33,253 bases of DNA. It comes from a virus. Lineage: Duplodnaviria > Caudoviricetes. The position numbers and the translations under genes were made by a program. Shown here piece by piece: positions 1 through 7,119 of this stretch; position 1 is the first letter of the stretch, and every line of letters starts with the position of its first letter. The stretch lies in IMG/VR virus record IMGVR_UViG_3300003375_000083, positions 1 to 33,253 of that record; one strand, written 5' to 3'. The notes below the pieces were generated by a model, which was given only the letters and a program-made list of their open reading frames with translations, did not search any database and had not been told where the DNA came from.

Positions 1-230
1 TAAACAATGACAATGCTACTGCTGGTACTGCCAATACAGGCGGTGGTGGCGGTGGAAGTCGTGACTCAGGTGCTTTAGGTGGAAATGGAGCTACAGGAGG
101 TTCAGGAGTAGTAATTCTTTCCATTCCAACAACCAACTACACTGGTATAACCACAGGCTCACCAACCGTAACAACTAGCGGTTCTAACACAATTTTAAAA
201 TACACCACTTCAGGCTCATATACGGCTTAA
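1..230 (+). CDS. C-terminal fragment of a glycine-rich tail fibre/adhesin (5' end outside window)
   Basis: The frame from base 3 reads NNDNATAGTANTGGGGGG...GGSGVVILSIPTTNYTGITTGSPTVTTSGSNTILKYTTSGSYTA* (TAA 228-230). It is a close paralog of the C-terminus of 3518..4981 and is not in the ORF track. Confidence 0.85.
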   Translation, partial: NNDNATAGTANTGGGGGGSRDSGALGGNGATGGSGVVILSIPTTNYTGITTGSPTVTTSGSNTILKYTTSGSYTA

Positions 231-232
231 AT

Positions 233-517
233 ATGCCAAGCATCATTAATGCCCAACCTGGAAATGCACTGGCGATCACAGCTCTAATTAAGACTGGGGC
301 AAGTGATGCTAATCTTGTGCTGCAAACTGGTGGTGCTAACGCAGTACAAATAGACGGTAATCAAAATGCTAACTTTGTTTCTACAGGGGCAGTAAAATTA
401 CCATCAGGAACATCCGCACAAAGACCAGCCTCTCCTATTAATGGAATGATGAGATACAACACAACCACTCTATCAGTAGAGGGTTATGCAAACAATACTT
501 GGGTAGCATTTTTATGA
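233..517 (+). CDS. Short tail-fibre-related protein
   Basis: Shares LQT..A..ID..QNANFVSTGA and P.GT.AQRP...GM.RYNTT...W with the next gene. Its stop overlaps the next start (ATGA 514-517). Confidence 0.75.
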   Translation: MPSIINAQPGNALAITALIKTGASDANLVLQTGGANAVQIDGNQNANFVSTGAVKLPSGTSAQRPASPINGMMRYNTTTLSVEGYANNTWVAFL

Positions 518-1872
518 CAACAAAAATTAACGCATCTACCTTAGGGTTAACCGAAACAGTTGATACTTCAGGAATCTTGGAGTTACAAACTGCCAATACA
601 ACTGCTTTGCTGATTGATGCATCGCAAAATGCTAACTTTGTAAGCACTGGAGCAATTACCGTTCCAGTTGGTACTACAGCACAACGCCCCGCAAACGTGT
701 CTAGCGGGATGATTCGTTACAACACAACGAACGCCGCTTTTGAATATTATGTAAATGGTAATTGGGCTTTAGCTAATGTAACACCACCTCCTGTCAATAC
801 AGTTGCTCCAGTCATTTCAGGAACAACCAACGTTGGTCAAGTTCTTACATCAACTAGTGGCACTTGGAACTTTAATCCAGTCGGGTATTACTATCAGTGG
901 TTAGCTAACTCTTCTGCTATTTCCAATGCAACCGCTAATACATTTACCTTAACATCGACACAATTAGGCGCAAATATAATTTGCAACGTTACCGCTTATA
1001 ACGGCGCTGGTAACAGCACTCCAGCAGCATCCAACTCACTTGGTCCTGTTGTAACTACATATACAGTGAACTATTTAGTAGTTGCAGGCGGTGGCGCTGG
1101 TGGCTCTCGTGGCAACCGTGGCGGTGGCGGTGGTGGAGCTGGCGGTATGTTAACTGGTTCTTACACAGCAAATCCTGGAACCGCATACACAATTACAGTT
1201 GGTGCGGGTGGTAGTGGTACAGGCTCTACAGGTACAAATTCCACATTATCTGGAAGCAATTTATCAACCGTTACTTCTTATGGTGGTGGTGGTGGTGCAT
1301 CGTCTTCTGCTGGTGGCAGCGGTGGTTCTGGTGGTGGTTCAGACGGTGCCGGTGAAGGCGGCGGTGGTAGCGGTACTGCTGGTCAAGGTAATAACGGTGG
1401 TGCAGGTACTTCAGGTGGACCATACACATACTTTGGTGGCGGTGGTGGAGGCGGCGCTGCAGGTACAGGTGGCAATGCATCTCCAAACTCTACTGGCGCA
1501 AACGGTGGAAATGGATTGCAATCTTCAATCACTGGAACTGCTACTTACTACGCAGGAGGTGGAGGTGGCGGCTGTGGAGCCTATGGAGGCGGGGATGGTC
1601 CTGGACAATCTTCTGGCGGCTTAGGTGGCGGCGGTGCGGGTGTACAGTACAGCAATGGTTCTTATGGAGGAACTGCAGGTACTGCTAACACCGGTGGCGG
1701 TGGTGGTGGTGCAAATGCTGGTAATGGTGGTAACGGCGGCTCAGGAGTTGTTATTATCTCTTACCAAAACACAACGCAAAAAGGTACTGGCGGTACAGTC
1801 ACCACATACGGTAGTGGAGCAAGTCAATACTGGGTACATACCTTTAACTCAAGCGGCACTTACACGGCTTAA
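514..1872 (+). CDS. Tail fibre/adhesin with GTTAQRP module, Ig-like segment (PVNTVAPVISG...YQW) and Gly-rich C-terminal domain
   Basis: Start moved from 499 to the ATG at 514 because of the ATGA overlap. Contains YLVVAGGG...YYAGGGGG...GGSGVVII...FNSSGTYTA. Confidence 0.8.
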   Translation: MTTKINASTLGLTETVDTSGILELQTANTTALLIDASQNANFVSTGAITVPVGTTAQRPANVSSGMIRYNTTNAAFEYYVNGNWALANVTPPPVNTVAPVISGTTNVGQVLTSTSGTWNFNPVGYYYQWLANSSAISNATANTFTLTSTQLGANIICNVTAYNGAGNSTPAASNSLGPVVTTYTVNYLVVAGGGAGGSRGNRGGGGGGAGGMLTGSYTANPGTAYTITVGAGGSGTGSTGTNSTLSGSNLSTVTSYGGGGGASSSAGGSGGSGGGSDGAGEGGGGSGTAGQGNNGGAGTSGGPYTYFGGGGGGGAAGTGGNASPNSTGANGGNGLQSSITGTATYYAGGGGGGCGAYGGGDGPGQSSGGLGGGGAGVQYSNGSYGGTAGTANTGGGGGGANAGNGGNGGSGVVIISYQNTTQKGTGGTVTTYGSGASQYWVHTFNSSGTYTA

Positions 1873-1881
1873 GGGTAGACC

Positions 1882-2784
1882 ATGTTCGGTTTTAGTTCCT
1901 TCGCTGGTGCCCCGTTTGCTGATACAGGCGGAATATCCTCTTCTAGCGTAGCCGTTAATTTAACGGGCGTTCAGGCAGTTGGCTATCTTGGTACTGCATC
2001 CGTAACTGGAAATGCAGTTATCTATGTAACAGGCACTCAAGCCATTGGTATTGTCGGTACAGTATTTACTGCCGCTGGAGTGGGAGTTTTAGTTACTGGC
2101 GTTCAGACGGTAGGATACTTAGGTACGGCATCTGTAACTGGTAATGCCAATGTTACCGTAACAGGAGTTCAAGGCGTTGGTCAGGTTGGCACAGTAACAG
2201 CTCAGGCTGGTTCTTTTGTAAATGTAACTGGCGTACAGGCAGTAGGTCAAGTCGGAACCGCTAGGGTAACAGGCAGTGCAGTAGTTAATTTAACTGGCGT
2301 AGTTGGTGTAACTCAGCTTGGTACAGCATCAGTTACTGCTGGTGCTAATGTAACCACTACTGGCGTACAAGGTGTTGGTAAGGTTGGTACAGTATCAGTA
2401 GCCGCCAATGCAAACGCTTATGTAACTGGAGTTCAAGGCAATACCCAGCTAGGCACCGCTTCTGTAACTGCCGCCGCAAATGCCGTTGTAACTGGGGTTC
2501 AAGCAGTTGGTCAGATTGGTACTGTATTTATCCAATTAAGCCAAAATGTACGGGTTACTGGCGTTCAAGCGGTAGGTCAGGTAGGCACTGCTTCGGTTAC
2601 TGGTAATGCAAATGTCTACTTAACAGGCGTCCAGGCACAGGGTATAATCGGACAAGTGTTAGTTTGGGGTCAAATACCAGACAATTCTAGCCCTAACTGG
2701 ACAAATCTTGATGATTCTGGTAGTTCTGGTTGGACTCAAGTTGTAGATAATGCAGTAACCGAATGGGATCTAATAGCGGCTTAA
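1882..2784 (+). CDS. Virion protein with ~21-aa beta-rich tandem repeats (VTGVQAVGQVGTASVTGNANV)
   Basis: About 11-12 imperfect repeats, an MFGFSSFAGAPFA N-terminus and a Trp-spaced C-terminal tail. Lies among the fibre genes. Confidence 0.7.
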   Translation: MFGFSSFAGAPFADTGGISSSSVAVNLTGVQAVGYLGTASVTGNAVIYVTGTQAIGIVGTVFTAAGVGVLVTGVQTVGYLGTASVTGNANVTVTGVQGVGQVGTVTAQAGSFVNVTGVQAVGQVGTARVTGSAVVNLTGVVGVTQLGTASVTAGANVTTTGVQGVGKVGTVSVAANANAYVTGVQGNTQLGTASVTAAANAVVTGVQAVGQIGTVFIQLSQNVRVTGVQAVGQVGTASVTGNANVYLTGVQAQGIIGQVLVWGQIPDNSSPNWTNLDDSGSSGWTQVVDNAVTEWDLIAA

Positions 2785-2785
2785 T

Positions 2786-3490
2786 ATGTCAAGTACTTAC
2801 TCAACCTCGCTTCGCATAGAATTAATTGATACAGGCACGGACAACGAGGCTTGGGGGCAGCCTACGGATAATAACTTAGGTACTATTATTGAACAGGCTA
2901 TTGTAGGCTCAAATACCATCAGTCTTACCAATTTAACAACATATACATTAACTACTGCAAATGCTGCGGTAGATCAAGCCCGTAATGCTGTATTGGTATT
3001 TAATGGCGCTCTTACTGCAAATTGTAACGTGATTGCCCCAAGTGTTAAAAAAGTATATGTAGTTAGCAATAAAACTACTGGTGGCAAGTTTGTTAATATT
3101 AAAACATCCGGTGGTAATGCAGTACAAGTTATTAATGGTACAAACCAGCTTGTTTATTGTAACGGTACAGACTTCATATCTGCTGTAAACATTAATACTG
3201 TTATTGGCAATTTATCAGTTTCTGGAAATTCTACCGTAAGCGGAAATGTAACTGTAACCTCTAGATTTGTTAGTGGAAATGGCTCCATAACAAACACCAA
3301 CGGTAACTTAACATTATTATCTACAACATCAAATATTGTTAGTTTTCAAGGCACTACAGGCGCTTTAACTCCCCCCACTGGAACTACTGCCCAACGCCCG
3401 TCTTCTCCTGTATCAGGTATGCAAAGATGGAACACCAGTTTAAGTAAGCTGGAAATATATACAGGAACAGTATGGGAACAAATAACTTAA
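2786..3490 (+). CDS. Short tail fibre: N-terminal anchor domain plus GTTAQRP module
   Basis: MSSTYSTSLRIELI...WG..T.NN.GT.IEQAI aligns along its full length with the N-terminal half of 3518..4981. Confidence 0.75.
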   Translation: MSSTYSTSLRIELIDTGTDNEAWGQPTDNNLGTIIEQAIVGSNTISLTNLTTYTLTTANAAVDQARNAVLVFNGALTANCNVIAPSVKKVYVVSNKTTGGKFVNIKTSGGNAVQVINGTNQLVYCNGTDFISAVNINTVIGNLSVSGNSTVSGNVTVTSRFVSGNGSITNTNGNLTLLSTTSNIVSFQGTTGALTPPTGTTAQRPSSPVSGMQRWNTSLSKLEIYTGTVWEQIT

Positions 3491-3517
3491 ATTTTTGTAG
3501 CTTAATGGAATCTTAAT

Positions 3518-4981
3518 ATGCCATCAACTTATTCACCCTCGTTAAAAATAGAGCTTATTGGTAACGGCGAACAGTCGGGTACTTGGGGTCAAACCACCAA
3601 CAACAATATGGGAACCCTTATTGAGCAAGCTATTACTGGGGTTCAGCCTATTACTTTGTACGGCGACTATGTTTTAACAAACTACAACGGATTGTCTGAC
3701 GAAGCTCGTAATGCTGTTTTGACGTTCTCTGGATCTTTATCTGCATCAGCTAATGTGGTCGCACCAGCAGTTCAAAAAACATATATTGTTACTAACAACT
3801 CTGGTGCTAACGTGGTTGTTAAGACTGCTTCTGGAAACGGAGTAACAATTGGCAACGGCTTAAGTTCATTAATTTACTGTGATGGTACAGATTTTTATAC
3901 TGCTGTAAACGTTAACAATGTTATTGGGGATTTAACGGTATCTGGAAACGAAACAATTGGCGGTACTTTAACTCTAGGTACTAGCATATCTTCTAGTAAT
4001 CTATCTATTACATCTAATTCCAGCGTCATTGATATGTCTGCAAATTTAGGTGCGTTCATACCACCTACTGGCACTACAGCCCAGCGCCCATCTTCTCCAT
4101 CATTAGGAATGTCTCGTTGGAATACTGATATTGGCGCATATGAGGTATGGACGGGTTCAACATGGAAAGTTATAGCTTCTACTGCATACACAATTACTTA
4201 TTTATTGGTAGCTGGCGGCGGTGGCGGCTATGGCGGTGGTGGTGGCGCTGGTGGATTATTAACAAACACTGCAACTTTAACCCCGGGGACAACATACACA
4301 ATAACTTTAGGTAGTGGTGGAGCAGCAACATCCCAAGGATCTAATAGTTCAATTTCTGGAATTGCTACAACTGTTGGAGGCGGTTCTGGAAACAGTGGAG
4401 CTGGTGGATCAGGTGGTGGTGGTTTAGGTGCTAATGAGGGTGGCGGAACTATACAGCCGGGTGGAAATGGTACAACTTATCAAGGTAATAACGGCGGTTC
4501 AGGAGGTGGTCATGCCTCTGGATATGTTAGTTCAGGTGGTAACGGAGGTGGCGGAGGTGCTGGTGCAGTAGGTGGAAACGGTCAAGCCTCTAGTGGTGAT
4601 AATAACGGTGCTGGTGGTAATGGTGGCGCTGGCTATACTTCTTCTATTACCGGTACAACTGTTTACTACGCTGGCGGTGGCGGTGGTGGTGTTGGTGGGC
4701 AAGGTAGTGGTAGTCCTAGTGGCGGTTCTGGAGGATCTGGCGGCGGTGGCAATGGTGGCGCTGGTTATTCTGGTGGTACAAGCGGTGCAACTAATACGGG
4801 CGGTGGCGGCGGTGGTAATGGCTATGGAGGCAGTGGTGCTGGATCTGGTGGTTCCGGTGTTGCAATTCTAGCTGTACCAACTACTCTTTATTCTGGTGTA
4901 ACTACAGGTTCTCCAATAATTACCACGTCTGGTTCAAATACTATTCTTACATTTACGTCCTCAGGGAGTTATACAGCATGA
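3518..4981 (+). CDS. Long tail fibre: anchor, GTTAQRP module and Gly-rich C-terminal domain
   Basis: MPSTYSPSLKIELIGNGEQSGTWG anchor, PPTGTTAQRPSSP module, and YLLVAGGG...YYAGGGGG...FTSSGSYTA domain. Confidence 0.8.
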   Translation: MPSTYSPSLKIELIGNGEQSGTWGQTTNNNMGTLIEQAITGVQPITLYGDYVLTNYNGLSDEARNAVLTFSGSLSASANVVAPAVQKTYIVTNNSGANVVVKTASGNGVTIGNGLSSLIYCDGTDFYTAVNVNNVIGDLTVSGNETIGGTLTLGTSISSSNLSITSNSSVIDMSANLGAFIPPTGTTAQRPSSPSLGMSRWNTDIGAYEVWTGSTWKVIASTAYTITYLLVAGGGGGYGGGGGAGGLLTNTATLTPGTTYTITLGSGGAATSQGSNSSISGIATTVGGGSGNSGAGGSGGGGLGANEGGGTIQPGGNGTTYQGNNGGSGGGHASGYVSSGGNGGGGGAGAVGGNGQASSGDNNGAGGNGGAGYTSSITGTTVYYAGGGGGGVGGQGSGSPSGGSGGSGGGGNGGAGYSGGTSGATNTGGGGGGNGYGGSGAGSGGSGVAILAVPTTLYSGVTTGSPIITTSGSNTILTFTSSGSYTA

Positions 4982-5190
4982 TTATCGAAAACCAAGCAAA
5001 AGAGTTAGCACCAGATGTTATGGAAGTTGCTCACAAGATTGAAATTTACTGCCCTAATTGCAGCAAAGATGTGGACGAAGCTGAGCTATCAGCTTTGAAA
5101 TGCAATGATTGTGGCGCTGATTTAACAGATCCAACACAACATGTGGCGGTTGCAGTTACTTCAGTTCCAGTTATTGGGATTACTTGGTAA
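4978..5190 (+). CDS. Small zinc-ribbon protein
   Basis: CPNC-x13-CNDC. Overlaps both neighbours (ATGA at 4978-4981, TAATG at 5188-5192). Confidence 0.7.
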   Translation: MIIENQAKELAPDVMEVAHKIEIYCPNCSKDVDEAELSALKCNDCGADLTDPTQHVAVAVTSVPVIGITW

Positions 5191-5411
5191 TGAAAGAATT
5201 TTTTAAGCACCTTCTAACTGGCAAAGACAACCAGACATATGATATTAGTAGGGTTACTTGGTTACTTGGTCTTATTGCAGTAATTTCTTTGGCAGCATAT
5301 GAAGTAATGCACACTAGCGTTAGCCTCAGAGAACTTGCAGAATCACTAGGAATTGTATCTGGCGCTGGTGGTGCAAGTGTAATGATGAAGAAAGATGCGG
5401 AGCCACAATAA
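5190..5411 (+). CDS. Putative holin (small membrane protein)
   Basis: Hydrophobic segments VTWLLGLIAVISLAAY and SLGIVSGAGGASVMM with a charged C-terminus. First gene of the lysis cassette. Start moved to ATG 5190 (TAATG overlap). Confidence 0.55.
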   Translation: MKEFFKHLLTGKDNQTYDISRVTWLLGLIAVISLAAYEVMHTSVSLRELAESLGIVSGAGGASVMMKKDAEPQ

Positions 5412-5815
5412 TGTTTCCATTACCTATAACTACTTGGATTATGATTGGTTTGTCTGTCTTTGCAATGGCTGGATTTGGCTATGGTCGATATGAGCATAAC
5501 GCTTATATAGAATATAAAGCTGAAGTTTTAGCTGTGGCTAAAGTTCAAGAAACCAAGAATGAGTCTATTCAGAAACAAAGTGATCTAGTAAACAAAGGAA
5601 TTCAAAATGCGTATGAAGCTAAGCTTGCTGCTCTCCGTAATTATTATGGCGGGCTGCACAACACCGGTAGCAGTTCAATGTCCGGCATTTCCCCAGCCCC
5701 CAAAGGAGCTGATGCAGAAACCGCCTACCCAATACTTGCTGGACAATGCGCTGCAACAACGGCCCAATTAACCAGCCTGCAAGACTGGATTAACGAACAG
5801 ATGGGAATTAAATGA
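5411..5815 (+). CDS. Rz: Rz-like inner-membrane spanin
   Basis: N-terminal TM helix, helical periplasmic region and Rz-type ending (QLTSLQDWI). Contains an embedded lipoprotein ORF. Confidence 0.85.
   Translation: MFPLPITTWIMIGLSVFAMAGFGYGRYEHNAYIEYKAEVLAVAKVQETKNESIQKQSDLVNKGIQNAYEAKLAALRNYYGGLHNTGSSSMSGISPAPKGADAETAYPILAGQCAATTAQLTSLQDWINEQMGIK
5607..5771 (+). CDS. Rz1: Rz1-like outer-membrane lipoprotein spanin embedded in the +1 frame of Rz
   Basis: Reads MRMKLSLLLSVIIMAGCTTPVAVQCPAFPQPPKELMQKPPTQYLLDNALQQRPN*, with a signal peptide, lipobox MAG/C and Pro-rich mature part. AAAGGA RBS at 5594-5599; alternative start 5613. Not in the ORF track. Confidence 0.85.
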   Translation: MRMKLSLLLSVIIMAGCTTPVAVQCPAFPQPPKELMQKPPTQYLLDNALQQRPN

Positions 5816-6027
5816 AGAAAGAAGAACTAAGTGCCTACGTTACCCTCATGGCTACTGCCACTCTTACTATTATTCTTTTGTCTATGGTTGGCGTGTTACT
5901 TGTGGGTTTGTTCACTCCCGCAGTAGATAACACCAAGATTTTTGAAGCCATTAATCCTGCTTTCCAAACTATCGTTGGCGGTTTTATCGGCTTAATTACA
6001 GGCATTAAGATTGGTACAGATGAATAA
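5812..6027 (+). CDS. Second holin/antiholin-like membrane protein (2 TM)
   Basis: Long hydrophobic helix followed by FQTIVGGFIGLITG. Lies directly upstream of the endolysin. Confidence 0.55.
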   Translation: MKKEELSAYVTLMATATLTIILLSMVGVLLVGLFTPAVDNTKIFEAINPAFQTIVGGFIGLITGIKIGTDE

Positions 6028-6613
6028 TACCCAGCTTTCCCAGCTAGGCATTGATGCCAAGTGGCTTAAACCGCTAAATGATGCTTTGGCTAAGTACGAT
6101 ATCAGCAGTCCCGTTCGTCAAGCTTTCTTTATAGGACAATGCGCCCATGAATCTGGAAATTTTGGAATACTGGAAGAAAACCTTCATTACTCCGCTTCTG
6201 CACTTATGCGTGTTTGGCCCAGCAGATTCCCTAATCTCGATGTGGCTAACCAGTATGCAAACAACCCAGAAAAAATAGCCAATAAGGTCTATAGTGGCCG
6301 TATGGGTAATGGCGATGAAGAGTCTGGCGATGGCTGGAAATACCATGGCCGTGGCTTAATCCAGCTTACTGGGAAGGAAAACTATGAGCGATGCGGATCT
6401 AGTATTGGTGTAGATCTTCTCAGTGATCCTAGTAGGTTACTTGATCCTGAATATGCGGCTCTAAGTGCGGCGTGGTTTTGGAACCGAAAAGGCTTAAACA
6501 GCTTGGCTGATCAGCAGGATTATGTGACAATAACGCAAAGAATCAATGGTGGCACTCTTGGATTGAGCGAAAGAAAAGAGAAAATTGCAAAAGCACTATC
6601 AGTATTAGGGTAA
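6020..6613 (+). CDS. Endolysin, glycoside hydrolase family 19
   Basis: FIGQCAHES, LEENLHYS, GDGWKYHGRGLIQLTGKENY, SAAWFW and ITQRINGG motifs. Start likely ATG 6020. Confidence 0.92.
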   Translation: MNNTQLSQLGIDAKWLKPLNDALAKYDISSPVRQAFFIGQCAHESGNFGILEENLHYSASALMRVWPSRFPNLDVANQYANNPEKIANKVYSGRMGNGDEESGDGWKYHGRGLIQLTGKENYERCGSSIGVDLLSDPSRLLDPEYAALSAAWFWNRKGLNSLADQQDYVTITQRINGGTLGLSERKEKIAKALSVLG

Positions 6614-6621
6614 ACCTTTAT

Positions 6622-7119
6622 ATGATTGACAAGAAAACTTATATGCAAGAGTACTATAAAAAGTACGGGATAGAAAATAAAGAAAAGCTATCCGCATATA
6701 AGCTTGCCTGGAAAAAAGAGAAGCTGTTGGATCCTGCCTACAAAGAACGTCAAAATGAACTACAAAGGATTCGCAGAGCCAATAAAGGTTTGGATCCCGT
6801 TCAGGCTGAAAAAGCAAGGATTAGAGTTCAGGTATGGCAGTCTAAAAATAAGTCTAGAGTTTTGTCTAATGTGAAAAAATATAAGTTATCAAAAATGAAC
6901 AGGACTCCAAATTGGCTAACAAAATCCGATCATAAGGTAATTTGGGCATTTTATGAGATAGCAGCAATGCTTACTAAGCACAACGGCGAAAAATGGGAGG
7001 TTGACCATAAGATACCTTTAAATGGTAAGTCCGTATCTGGATTGCATGTTCCTAGCAATTTACAGCTTATGAGAAGTCTTGATAATCGTATCAAATCTAA
7101 TAAGTTTGAGGTTCAATAA
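6622..7119 (+). CDS. Free-standing HNH endonuclease
   Basis: RTPNW...WEVDHKIPLNGKSVSGLHVPSNLQ...N..KSN, preceded by a basic helical N-terminus. Visibly A-rich DNA. Confidence 0.85.
   Translation: MIDKKTYMQEYYKKYGIENKEKLSAYKLAWKKEKLLDPAYKERQNELQRIRRANKGLDPVQAEKARIRVQVWQSKNKSRVLSNVKKYKLSKMNRTPNWLTKSDHKVIWAFYEIAAMLTKHNGEKWEVDHKIPLNGKSVSGLHVPSNLQLMRSLDNRIKSNKFEVQ

Noticed and set aside
1080-1750. GGT/GGC runs as possible microsatellite, phase-variation tract or G-quadruplex array
   Set aside because: Fully explained by poly-Gly coding with mixed third positions.
1199-1951. Val-rich alternate-frame ORFs (1199..1624, 1625..1951, also 4572..4871) and His-rich antisense ORF 1271..1486
   Set aside because: Shadows of GGT/GGC glycine codon runs in the fibre genes; no RBS or independent motif.
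1-4981. Diversity-generating retroelement or invertible tail-fibre cassette
   Set aside because: No reverse transcriptase or invertase in the window. Paralogs differ at all base types, not only adenines, and all lie on one strand.
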